The notes under the pieces: generated by a model
Seen by the model: the letters and a program-made list of their open reading frames with translations, nothing else
Told to the model about the DNA's origin: nothing
The model's database searches: none
Position numbers and translations under genes: made by a program
Source: Gemmatimonadota bacterium
GTDB lineage: Bacteria; Gemmatimonadota; Gemmatimonadetes; Gemmatimonadales; GWC2-71-9
Assembly (NCBI GenBank): GCA_036679645.1
Contig: JAZDCY010000013.1
Location: forward strand, 1-64,000
Length of the DNA: 64,000 nt
Direction: 5' to 3'
Part shown: positions 48,556 through 58,073 of the stretch, piece by piece
Layout: the number at the start of each line of letters is the position of its first letter
Position numbering within the stretch: the stretch's first letter is position 1

Positions 48556-49626
48556 CTAGGCAAACACCTCGGCGAGCCGTGCGAGATGCGCATCCGTGAG
48601 TCCCTCCATCTCGAAGCACGCAACGCCGGCGGCGCCCGCGTCGCGCGCCAGTTGCGCCGCCGCCCCCAGCTCGTCCGGAGTCAGGCTCGGCAGATAGAGC
48701 CCGGCGTGCAGCGGTGCCCCTGACGCCAGCGCGCTCACTCCTGCGCGAGTCGCCTCGGCGATCCACGATACGGGTTCCTCGTAGAACGAGTGGTACTGCA
48801 TGGGGAAGAACGCATCGAGCGGCCACCGGTCCCACGCCTGCCGCACCAGCTGGCGAGCGATCGACGGCGTGGGGAAGACCGCGGCCGTGATCGTCTTTCC
48901 GCGCGCGTGTACCGCACGAGCCAGCCCTTGCACGCATTCGGTCAACGTGTTCCAGCGGAACGTGCGCCAGGCAAGATGAGCGGGCGCATCGTCGAGTGTC
49001 ATCGGGTCAACGCCGCTCTGTGCCTGAAACGTGGCGCGGCACACATCGCAGTAGCAGAAATCGAACTCGGCGTGCTCCCGATCTTGTACCAGATCGTACT
49101 TCTCCCAGAGGCCAATCGGGAGAATCACGTCGGAGAACCGAATGTAGTCTAGGTGCACCCCATCTACGCCCGGATGCTCGGCCACGCGGCCGACGAGATC
49201 CTGCAGGTAGGCGCGGACCGGGGGCCGCGTGGGACATACCCACTTGTAGTAGCCCACGTACGGCGGCTTCTCGAGCGTAGAGTCGCCGTTACGGCTGATC
49301 GTGAACCACTCCGGGTGGTGCTCCTGCGCCCAGGCATCGCCGTTACGGTTCAGAATCCAGAGCCAGCGATGAAAGGTAAGCCCCGACGCGTGGGCGGCGT
49401 CGGCGAGGATTGCCGTATCGCCTCCGGACACTAGTACGCCGGTGATTCCGCTTTCCCGCAGCCGGGCAAAGCGCTCGCGCCACTCGGCGGGCTCCCGCTC
49501 ACGTCCACCGTGGACCCAGGTCCAGCCGGCGAACGTGCGCGATGGTCCGGCCATCGACTTGATGGGAACCACGCCCACCGCAGCCGCCGCTTGCGCGACC
49601 GTCCCGACGAACTCGCGTCGTCTCAT
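48556..49626 (-). CDS. Tat-exported GHL10/DUF187-like glycoside hydrolase
   Basis: MRRREFV, DGVHLDYIR, QAWDRW, FPMQY. Confidence 0.8.
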   Translation of the reverse strand: MRRREFVGTVAQAAAAVGVVPIKSMAGPSRTFAGWTWVHGGREREPAEWRERFARLRESGITGVLVSGGDTAILADAAHASGLTFHRWLWILNRNGDAWAQEHHPEWFTISRNGDSTLEKPPYVGYYKWVCPTRPPVRAYLQDLVGRVAEHPGVDGVHLDYIRFSDVILPIGLWEKYDLVQDREHAEFDFCYCDVCRATFQAQSGVDPMTLDDAPAHLAWRTFRWNTLTECVQGLARAVHARGKTITAAVFPTPSIARQLVRQAWDRWPLDAFFPMQYHSFYEEPVSWIAEATRAGVSALASGAPLHAGLYLPSLTPDELGAAAQLARDAGAAGVACFEMEGLTDAHLARLAEVFA

Positions 49627-50360
49627 GACTCGCTCTCAGCGCGCAGCTCCGCCCGCAGCCGCTCCAGCTCACGTTTGGCCGTCTCGGCCTGGGGGTGCTC
49701 CGGGAACCGCTCGACGAGGAGCGCAAGTTCCGGCAGAGCCTTCCGCGGAGTGTCGAGCTTGTTGCGATACAGCTCGATGATCTCCTGTGAGACCATGAGG
49801 CGGCGACCCATGTCGATGGCCGCATCTACGCGAGCGCGCTTGAACCACTGGAGCGAACGCTCGTAGTCCTCGAGCCCATCGCGATACATCCGCGCAATGC
49901 GAATGTACGGGTCGGGGTCTTCCGGAAACTCGGCCACGGCCAGCTCGTACGCGTCCACCGCTTCCGAATACAGCCCGCGCTTGGAGAGACTCTGCGCGTG
50001 GGAGTACTCACGCACAGCGGGCGTCGATTTGCCGGAGGGATTATGGAGTTTCCCCGCGACGGCTGCGCCACCGCGGGAAATGTTCAACGATAAGATCGAG
50101 ACAGCAACGCCGGCGAGTACACCTCCAAGCCACATGTAGTAGATGACCGGTGGCCCTATACCGGCGATCGCTGCGGCGATGCTACTCACGAAGATGGTTA
50201 TGGCCGCCACATAGGCACCCCATACGATCCCCTGGAGGCGGAAGGCGCGTTCCGCCAAATTTGTGTCCTTCACCTTGCCTTTTGGGCGTTCCGTGAACGT
50301 CCGCTTCGGAGGTGGGATGCGCGGTGGCACGTCTCTGGGCGTATCGGGCTCGGACATCAT
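49623..50360 (-). CDS. Membrane-anchored TPR protein
   Basis: 2 TM followed by TPR helices. Confidence 0.75.
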   Translation of the reverse strand: MMSEPDTPRDVPPRIPPPKRTFTERPKGKVKDTNLAERAFRLQGIVWGAYVAAITIFVSSIAAAIAGIGPPVIYYMWLGGVLAGVAVSILSLNISRGGAAVAGKLHNPSGKSTPAVREYSHAQSLSKRGLYSEAVDAYELAVAEFPEDPDPYIRIARMYRDGLEDYERSLQWFKRARVDAAIDMGRRLMVSQEIIELYRNKLDTPRKALPELALLVERFPEHPQAETAKRELERLRAELRAESES

Positions 50361-50384
50361 GGCTCCATTGGCGATGGCCCGCAC

Positions 50385-51158
50385 TCAAGATGCGCCCGCG
50401 CCGCGCGCCGCGCGAGCGGTACCGGGCCGGCCACGCCACAGCGTGAAGGGCCAGCCCCACAGCTCGCGCTGGCTGCACGGAGCAAACACCCGCCGTGACG
50501 CGTTGGACCCCATGATCACGAACACGCCGTAGACGAGCAGCCCGGTCGCCATGAGCAGGACACCGGCCGCGTTCTGCATGGGCAGAAGATCCATGCGCCC
50601 GCTCGCGTTGAACGCCATCCAGTCCCACAGGAAATGCCATGTCGTGGCAACGGTGGCGCATCCCACGAGCCACCAGGGCCACCGAGCCGCGCGCATCCTG
50701 GCCAGGCCAATCCCGAAGCACGCAATCCCGCCCAGCACGAGATGGCCGAGCACACGGACGACCTCGGTTGCCGGCAGCACGTCTGGAAGGACGGGCAGGT
50801 ACATCATGCGGTCGACCGATTCCGCCACCGCCATCCCGACACCCAGCACGGAGCCGTAGACCAGCCCGTCCATGGGATCGTTGAACTGCGACGGGACGAG
50901 GAACGCAAAGGCGCCTACCAGGAGGAGTCGGAGTCCCTCCTCATGGGTGGCGGCGACGAGCGCCACCTGCGTCAGCGAGGGATCCGCGATTGCGCTAAGA
51001 GTGAGCTCCTCGAGCACCGCCGCCAACCACATCGCGGCAACACCGACGAGGGCGGTGATGACCAGCAGGAAGACAGGCTCCCGCTCGTACAGGTCGTAGC
51101 GGTACACGAGGAGCCCAGCGAGAAGGGCACAGCACAACAGGGTCAGATAGAGGATCAT
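50385..51158 (-). CDS. PrsW-family intramembrane protease
   Basis: DLYEREP, EE motif, DGLVYG...GMAVAE, GH, HFLWD. Confidence 0.85.
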   Translation of the reverse strand: MILYLTLLCCALLAGLLVYRYDLYEREPVFLLVITALVGVAAMWLAAVLEELTLSAIADPSLTQVALVAATHEEGLRLLLVGAFAFLVPSQFNDPMDGLVYGSVLGVGMAVAESVDRMMYLPVLPDVLPATEVVRVLGHLVLGGIACFGIGLARMRAARWPWWLVGCATVATTWHFLWDWMAFNASGRMDLLPMQNAAGVLLMATGLLVYGVFVIMGSNASRRVFAPCSQRELWGWPFTLWRGRPGTARAARGAGAS

Positions 51159-52402
51159 GTGACGGCCCGATCGCCACTACGCTCACCCATAAGTGCCTCG
51201 AGGAGACGTATCACCTCTTTGACCCCATCGACCCTTCCCAACTGAGAAGCGATGGCACGGGCGCGGCTCGCGTAGCCGTCGTTGCCGACGAGATCCCGCA
51301 GAAGTGTGGTGACTTGGCGCCGCCGGATGCGCTGCACCGGCACGCCGCGCGGCCCGATGCCCAGTACCCGAACACGATGGGCCCAGTAATACTGGTCGAG
51401 CAGGTGCGGGAGGATGAGCTGCGGTAGCCCTGCAAGCGCAACCGCTGTCGTCGTCCCTGCGCCGCCGTGGTGAACGACGGCGCGAACCCGCGGAAGAAGC
51501 TTCGTGTGCGGTGCCCGACCGATCGTGCGGCACCCGTCTCCTAGATCCAGTTCGTCCGGGCGCATGCCAGTCCACCCCGTCTGCACGAGCAACCGGCAGC
51601 CGACGTCGCGAGCGGCACGCGCAAAGAGGTGCATCACCTCACGGGCCCTGTCCGAGACCATGCTCCCGAACCCCAGCAGCACCGGTGCCGGACCGGCGTC
51701 GAGAAAACGCGCAAGATCGTCATCGAGGGCTTCCTCGGAGCGCAGCCGCAACGCACCCGTGACATGCACGTTGGCGGGGAAATCCGGTGGAGGAGTTGCC
51801 AGCACGGGCTCCGCCGCAAGCATGAGCGGAATTTCGGTCAGGTGCTCCATGACGTCCCCGATGCGTGGTAGGCCGAGGCGCTTCCGACCCCGACCGATCG
51901 CCTTCCCTAGCGCGCCTTTAGACATCACGCCAAACAGCCGCCAAAGCACCCGATTGATCGCGTGCGGCAGTCGCTGGTTTTTCACGAAGAACGGCGGATG
52001 GTAGGCGCTCGGGATCGTCACGGGTACGTACGCGACATACGCGTACGGCGTCCCCGACAGCTCGGCAACCGAGCGGGCGGCAAACTGGACTCCTGCTCCG
52101 ACCACGAGGTCGGCGCCGTCACAGATCGCGGGCAACTTCTCGAAGTGCAGCGGAATCAGTTCCCGCACGAGATAGCCCGTCTGATAGACGAAGTTCGCCG
52201 CCGCATCGCCCACGTCGCGCATGAAGCGCTCAACGTCCGTGCCGACAGGCTCAAACGCCAGGCCTTGTGCCGTGGCCCATGCACCGAAGTTCTCCGGGCC
52301 AGCCAGCAGCACGTCGTGGCCACGCTCAACCAGGCCGCGGCCCAGCGCGATCATCGGCTGGATATCCCCACGTGTCCCAAAGGGTGCTAGAACGACTCTC
52401 AT
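51155..52402 (-). CDS. GT-B glycosyltransferase (GT1/sterol glucosyltransferase-like)
   Basis: GTRGDIQP, GFGSM, HHGGAGTT, DQ. Confidence 0.92.
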   Translation of the reverse strand: MRVVLAPFGTRGDIQPMIALGRGLVERGHDVLLAGPENFGAWATAQGLAFEPVGTDVERFMRDVGDAAANFVYQTGYLVRELIPLHFEKLPAICDGADLVVGAGVQFAARSVAELSGTPYAYVAYVPVTIPSAYHPPFFVKNQRLPHAINRVLWRLFGVMSKGALGKAIGRGRKRLGLPRIGDVMEHLTEIPLMLAAEPVLATPPPDFPANVHVTGALRLRSEEALDDDLARFLDAGPAPVLLGFGSMVSDRAREVMHLFARAARDVGCRLLVQTGWTGMRPDELDLGDGCRTIGRAPHTKLLPRVRAVVHHGGAGTTTAVALAGLPQLILPHLLDQYYWAHRVRVLGIGPRGVPVQRIRRRQVTTLLRDLVGNDGYASRARAIASQLGRVDGVKEVIRLLEALMGERSGDRAVT

Positions 52403-52524
52403 ACGCGGCCGAAAGATACGTCGCTCGCCGCCCGATACGCGCCGCCTGCGTCGCGGAGATACCCGTTGGGTCACCCAGTCTTGGATCATCGCCTACCCGG
52501 AGGTAGACTCCCTCGAGCTACGTC

Positions 52525-53568
52525 ATGTACTCCACCTGTATCTTTTGTACCCGACCTCTCGGCAGCAACGAGCTCGTCGAGCACTTCCCCGTCGGCCGGC
52601 GTCTCGCGTTCGACCCGGCCAAAGGGCGCCTCTGGGTCGTGTGTAAGAGGTGTGAACGCTGGAATCTCTCGCCGCTGGAGGAGCGGTGGGAGGCATTCGA
52701 GGAGTGTGAGCGCCTCTTCCAAGGCACGCGCATGCGGATGTCGACAGACAACGTCGGGCTCGCGCGTTTCACAGAGGGACTCGAGCTAGTGCGCATCGGC
52801 GAACCGCTGCGGCCCGAGTTTGCCGCGTGGCGCTACGGCGATCAGTTCGGACGGCGGCGCAAGCGCGCGATGCTCTGGACCGGGGCGGGGATCGTGGCCT
52901 TTGGCGCCGTGGCTGTGGGCGCGGCCGCAGCAGGGGTCGGCGTGGGGATGATGGGGCAACTGCCGAACATGCTCATCAACATTCCCGTACGGGCCCGGAT
53001 CCGCACGAAAGACGGTCGCGTGTTGAAGCTCCGCAACCAGAACCTCCAGAAGACGAGAATTCTCACCGAGTCGGACGCGGGAGAGTGGGCAATCAAGGTG
53101 AAGCACTCGAAAGGCACCGAGACATTTCATGGTGCGGAGGCACAGCATGTAGCGGGGATCATCCTGCCAAAGCTGAATTACATGGCTGGGTCGAAAAAGG
53201 TCGTGAAGAACGCGGTGGAGCGCATCGAGGCCGCCGGCGATCCGGAAGTGTACCTCGCGGGTCTCACCGACCAGGTACGCCGCATGGGAGAGTATCGGCC
53301 CGGAATACCCGCCGTCTCGAAGAGGAAGGTTGGTCTCGTCAGGTATCTCCCGCGGGACGCGCGGCTGGCCCTCGAGATGGCGCTCCACGAGGAGCAGGAA
53401 CGTCTCGCTCTCGCGGGCGAACTGGTGGAGCTGGAACTCGCGTGGCGCGAGGCCGAGGAGATAGCGAACATCGCCGACAACATGTTCGTGCCCAAGAAAC
53501 ACGAGGAATTCATCGAGCAACACCGAGCGCCCCAGCAGACGGCCACCCCCGAGGGACCGGCGGAGTAG
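52525..53568 (+). CDS. Conserved hypothetical protein with N-terminal Zn motif
   Basis: CIFC...CKRC, one TM, LALEMALHEE. Confidence 0.8.
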   Translation: MYSTCIFCTRPLGSNELVEHFPVGRRLAFDPAKGRLWVVCKRCERWNLSPLEERWEAFEECERLFQGTRMRMSTDNVGLARFTEGLELVRIGEPLRPEFAAWRYGDQFGRRRKRAMLWTGAGIVAFGAVAVGAAAAGVGVGMMGQLPNMLINIPVRARIRTKDGRVLKLRNQNLQKTRILTESDAGEWAIKVKHSKGTETFHGAEAQHVAGIILPKLNYMAGSKKVVKNAVERIEAAGDPEVYLAGLTDQVRRMGEYRPGIPAVSKRKVGLVRYLPRDARLALEMALHEEQERLALAGELVELELAWREAEEIANIADNMFVPKKHEEFIEQHRAPQQTATPEGPAE

Positions 53569-53704
53569 ACCTTCGCCCCATCGGATTCACGCCGCACCCC
53601 TTGAGATCCCGCCATTCTGTCGCAGATTAGCCACGCTCCGGCCCGGGAGGCCGGGACGCCGGTGTCGAACCGCCGCCCCACCCCTTTCAGACGGTCGCGT
53701 CGGC

Positions 53705-54237
53705 GTGGGTGCCGGAACGGCCCCGAAGTTGCCCTTTAATACGGGTTACTCGAACACGGAGTTGGAACAGGTGGTGGCAGGCGCACCGTTCAACACTCGC
53801 ATCAGAGAATCGGCACTGTTCTTGGCAGCGGTGCTGGTGCTCACTGGTGCCCGGCCGGCAGCGAGCCAGGTGTCGGTCAACGCGACTGCGGGTGCCTCTG
53901 CGAATATCATCGGAGTCGTGCCGTTGGCGGCGACAACCGCCAACGATCTCGCATTCGGCCCCGTCACGGCGGGGACCGACGGCACCGTGGCCAACACCGA
54001 TGGGGCCCGGTTTCAGATCACGGGTGAGCCGGGGTTTCCGCTCAGCGTGACGTTTGCGCTTCCCGCTACGCTTGCGGGTCCTGGCGCGGCCACGATCCCC
54101 ATTGCGTTTGGCAGCACGGATGGATTGCTCTGCTGACAGGGAACCTGGAGATCGGCATCAAGGGCACCGTGTCTCCACTCCTCAGCGTTCCCCCCGGGGC
54201 CTATACCGGCAGCATCACCGTCACGGTGGCGTACTAA
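53705..54237 (+). pseudogene. DUF4402/pilin-like secreted protein, frameshifted near 54130
   Basis: Signal peptide, DLAFG, ARFQITG; the tail GAYTGSITVTVAY* lies in another frame; start uncertain. Confidence 0.65.
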
Positions 54238-54329
54238 CCGACTGGCATCACCACCGTCAGCGTTTGCATCTGGTCAGCACGCGATGACCAACCCATATTG
54301 GTCCGCTAACTCGCACTCCGACGGTAAAC

Positions 54330-55097
54330 GTGTCGAAGACGATCGGTGACAAGCTGTTGATGATGGCCTCCCTCCTGCTCGTGGCGGGGGCGGTCTTCTA
54401 TCTCGGCTGGTTGGGGCCGCGGCAACGCGCGGAGGCGATCGAGCGACTGCTCGCCGAGGCAGTGACGGCCTACCAGCAACGCGACTGCACGACCGCGGCG
54501 GAGCGGTTCGCCGGTGTGCACCGCCGACTCGGCAACGACACGCTGCCGCCAGAAGAAGCCGCGGTCGAGCAGGTCTGCACCGCGTTCCTGGAAGCGCCGG
54601 TCGGTGGGATCCGCCGGTTCCTCTCACACGCCGTGGCGTTGGTGTGCGCAGGGCGCCCGCTCTCGCTGACCGACGACCTCGGGCACACGTACGGCAGCGA
54701 GTTCTTCGGCATGATCGACACGACCGCCGCGGCAATGTGGGGGGGCGAGCGCATAGACCCGTTCATCCCCGACGAATTCCGTACCGGTAATGTCCGCGAT
54801 TTCCGGTACGCGGTGTGCTCGACCGTACAGGAGACGCGCGAGTTGGAGCGGTGCACGTACACGCTCTACCGCGGAGGCAACCCGACCGACGTCCAGCTCA
54901 TCCGCGCGCAGCAGCTCTGGCGGGTCCGGCTCGTGGATATCACCCGCCGATCGGTGGTGGCAAGACGGAACTTCTGGGCGAGGAATCCCGGTTCGTGCGA
55001 GGAGAACCAATCCCTGTTGAACCGGGGAACCAGCGTGGTGACCGGGAGCGTCGATACGGCGCGTTTCGCCGCGTGGTTACGGGACCGCGTGCCCTAA
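54330..55097 (+). CDS. Membrane-anchored Cys-containing hypothetical protein
   Basis: N-terminal TM, 255 aa. Confidence 0.65.
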   Translation: MSKTIGDKLLMMASLLLVAGAVFYLGWLGPRQRAEAIERLLAEAVTAYQQRDCTTAAERFAGVHRRLGNDTLPPEEAAVEQVCTAFLEAPVGGIRRFLSHAVALVCAGRPLSLTDDLGHTYGSEFFGMIDTTAAAMWGGERIDPFIPDEFRTGNVRDFRYAVCSTVQETRELERCTYTLYRGGNPTDVQLIRAQQLWRVRLVDITRRSVVARRNFWARNPGSCEENQSLLNRGTSVVTGSVDTARFAAWLRDRVP

Positions 55098-55166
55098 GGA
55101 CGTTTGGTCACGAAACTCCCGTCAGTGCCCTCCCGTAGGGATCACTGACGCTTCAACGAGAAACCC

Positions 55167-55337
55167 ATGTTCGTCGTACTGAAACGTTTGCTGCAGGCCA
55201 TCTTGAAGATCGGTCTGTACGAATTCCTACGCCGCGTCGGCATGAAAGCGATCCTGCCGCTGATCATGATCGCCGTGGCAGTCGCTCTGATCGTGACCGT
55301 GGTGCTGGTCATGTTGATCGGGATCGTGCTGTTGTGA
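55167..55337 (+). CDS. 56-aa membrane protein absent from the ORF track
   Basis: MFVVLKRLLQAILKIGLYEFLRRVGMKAILPLIMIAVAVALIVTVVLVMLIGIVLL. Confidence 0.6.
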   Translation: MFVVLKRLLQAILKIGLYEFLRRVGMKAILPLIMIAVAVALIVTVVLVMLIGIVLL

Positions 55338-55376
55338 ACGTCTAGCGTTGAGCGTTCACAGACGACCGCCTAGACG

Positions 55377-56687
55377 CTAGCGCCCACCATCGACCGTCAT
55401 CAGCGTTCGAAGCAGCACGTTCGCACCGGCCGTCACATGCTCGGGCGACGTGTACTCCATTGGGGAGTGGCTGATACCTTCGCGACTCGGCACGAAAACC
55501 ATCCCCACCGGACCAAACTGCGCTACGCTCTGCGCGTCGTGTCCCGCTCCACTCGGCATGCGCAGCGTCGTGAGATCGAGACCGCGCGCTTCGCGCTCGA
55601 TCACGTCGCGCAGCCGGGGCGTCGTGGGTGCGGCGCGACTCGTGTAGTACCGCTCGAAGGCAACGCTCGTATCGGCCGCAGCCGCGAGCGCGATCGCTTC
55701 ACCGCGAATCGCGTCGAACACCACGTCGATTTTCTCCATCTCGAGGTCTCGGATCTCGAGCGTGAAGGTCACACGCCCCGGTATGACGTTCGCCGCACCT
55801 GGCTCCACCTCGAGCCGTCCTACTGTCGCGACCTGTCGACCCGGTGTCGCGCGCGCGATGCGGTAGACGGCGTCGATGATCCGCGCGGCAGCTACCAGGG
55901 CATCACGACGCTGATCCATCGGTGTCGTGCCCGCATGGTTGGCGAGCCCGTCGACCGTCACCGTCCATCGCTTGATGCCCACGATCCCCTGCACGACACC
56001 GATGTCGATGTCTTCCCTCTCGAGGATGGCCCCCTGTTCGATGTGTAGTTCCAGATACGCCGCGATACTTCCCGGCCGGCGCACAACCTCGGCGAGCCGA
56101 GCCGGATCGCCTCCGATGCGGCGCGTGCCGTCAGCGATGGTGAAACCACTCGCGGTGACCACGTCGAGTTCAACGAGTTCGACTTCGCCGGATAGTGCTC
56201 GGCTGCCCGTCTTGCCACCTTCCTCGTTCGACCAAATCACGAACTCGAGCGGATGCCGCGTGCGGTGATCGGAATCGCTGAATGTCATCGCGATCTCGAG
56301 AGCGGCCATGGACCCCACCTGCCCATCGTAGTTGCCTCCCGACGGGACGGAATCGATGTGCGAGCCCAGCATCAGAGGTGGGAGAGTCGCGTCGTTGCCC
56401 GGGCGGCGACCGATGAGGTTGCCCGCGTAATCGACGGTGACATCCAATCCGGCTTCGCGCATGCGTGCTGTCACCCAGTCGCGGGCGGCCAGGTCGTCGT
56501 CACTGTAAGCTACTCGGCTGGTGCCTCCCTCAGACGTGCCGCCGAAACGAGCCAACTCGGTAAGCCGCCGGTTGAGGCGCACCCCGTCCACGAGCATGGA
56601 GCCCACTCGATCTCGCAACCGCCACCTGACCCCGAAGGCTCCGATGACCACGGTTCCGCCAAGACGTGAGAAGTCTCTCCGGTTCAC
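55377..56687 (-). CDS. Zn-dependent N-carbamoyl-amino acid/allantoate amidohydrolase with Tat-like leader
   Basis: NRRDF, GSHIDSV, GNYDG, EEG, ELHIEQG, NHAGTTPM, SGAGHDA. Confidence 0.92.
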   Translation of the reverse strand: MNRRDFSRLGGTVVIGAFGVRWRLRDRVGSMLVDGVRLNRRLTELARFGGTSEGGTSRVAYSDDDLAARDWVTARMREAGLDVTVDYAGNLIGRRPGNDATLPPLMLGSHIDSVPSGGNYDGQVGSMAALEIAMTFSDSDHRTRHPLEFVIWSNEEGGKTGSRALSGEVELVELDVVTASGFTIADGTRRIGGDPARLAEVVRRPGSIAAYLELHIEQGAILEREDIDIGVVQGIVGIKRWTVTVDGLANHAGTTPMDQRRDALVAAARIIDAVYRIARATPGRQVATVGRLEVEPGAANVIPGRVTFTLEIRDLEMEKIDVVFDAIRGEAIALAAAADTSVAFERYYTSRAAPTTPRLRDVIEREARGLDLTTLRMPSGAGHDAQSVAQFGPVGMVFVPSREGISHSPMEYTSPEHVTAGANVLLRTLMTVDGGR

Positions 56688-56718
56688 GAGCCGAACGGCA
56701 TGGCGTATCCCAAGCCTC

Positions 56719-57957
56719 TCACGATCGCAGACCGACGGTTGCGTCAGGGGGCCGCGACCGGCCGAGCAATACCGCAACGGTCATGTCCGCCGTAACGTTC
56801 GCGGTCGTAATGAACATGTCGGGAATCAGGTCGAGGGCGATGAGCAGGCCGATCCCCTCGACCGGGAGGTTCAGGGCCACGTAAATTGGCGTCATGATGA
56901 ACAGACCGCCACTTGGAACGCCCGGCGAATAGAAGCTGAGCGCGGCAATCGCAGCGGTGATGGCGGCAATTTCCGCGGGACCGAGGTCGATGCCGTACAA
57001 CCGTGCGATGAAGAACGTGCCCGTCATCCGGCCAATGGGCGAAGCGAACTTGAACAGCGAAGCGGCCACGGGGATCACGATCCCGCTCACGTGCGGGGCG
57101 AGCCGGAGATCGCGCTCCACCCCATCCAACATCGCCGGGAGGGAGGCCAACGACGACCTGGTGCTGAAGGCCACCGCCTGCGCCGGAGCGCACGCGCGCG
57201 CGAACTGCCGCAGGGGAACCCCGCCGCCCACCACCGCGATCGGATAGAGAGCCGCGAGCCCAAGCGAGACCAGACCACAGACGACCAGCAGGAAGACACC
57301 CAGGGCACCCACCAGTTCCGCGCCCGTGCGAGCCGCCAGCGGCAACACCAGGAAGAACACACCCACCGGTGCCACGAACAGAATCCATTCGACGATGACG
57401 ATCATGGCCCGCGAAACGGCGTCGAAGAAACTCACCAACGGCCGTCGGTGCGCGGCATCCAGCCGCGTGACGGCTAGCGCCAGGGCGGACGTGAACACGA
57501 TCAGCGGTAGCAAAGCGCCATCCGCCGCCGCTTTCACCGGGTTGGCGGGAATCAAGTTCACGATCCAGTCCCGGAAAGGTGGCAGTTCCACCTGCGCGCT
57601 GGGTGCCGCGTCCCGGAGGTGGGCGAACGCCTCCGCATCGAAATGCGCCAGCCCGAGCAGAGGCGGTGCAACCAGTGCGGTGATCAGGGCCCCACCGGCA
57701 ACGAGCATCCCGAACAGCGCGAGTGCCCGGCCGCCGATACGCCCCCCCCGGCCGGCCGAACTGGAGGCGATCGCGGTGATGAGCAATGAGACGACGAGGG
57801 GAATCACCGTCATGCGGATTGCATTGACCCACAGCGCACCGATGGGCTCGACCGTCGACACTACCCGGAGCAGCGTCGGGCTCTTCGCCCACGACACGGC
57901 CACGCCGGCAATGAGACCGGCGACCAACGCGGCGAGGACTCGGGACGTTTTCGACAT
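56719..57957 (-). CDS. Dicarboxylate/amino acid:cation symporter
   Basis: AFSTRSSLASLP, GVPSG, TTANVTAD. Confidence 0.92.
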   Translation of the reverse strand: MSKTSRVLAALVAGLIAGVAVSWAKSPTLLRVVSTVEPIGALWVNAIRMTVIPLVVSLLITAIASSSAGRGGRIGGRALALFGMLVAGGALITALVAPPLLGLAHFDAEAFAHLRDAAPSAQVELPPFRDWIVNLIPANPVKAAADGALLPLIVFTSALALAVTRLDAAHRRPLVSFFDAVSRAMIVIVEWILFVAPVGVFFLVLPLAARTGAELVGALGVFLLVVCGLVSLGLAALYPIAVVGGGVPLRQFARACAPAQAVAFSTRSSLASLPAMLDGVERDLRLAPHVSGIVIPVAASLFKFASPIGRMTGTFFIARLYGIDLGPAEIAAITAAIAALSFYSPGVPSGGLFIMTPIYVALNLPVEGIGLLIALDLIPDMFITTANVTADMTVAVLLGRSRPPDATVGLRS

Positions 57958-58073
57958 GATGGGCGAGCGAGACCAAATGTGCGCTCAGTGTCCGCGGACC
58001 GTCAACGTTCCCCTGGCAGGGGCCCGTGCGCACCCGTACTCTTCCCTGGATACGCAGCCGAGGAGGTTGGAGT

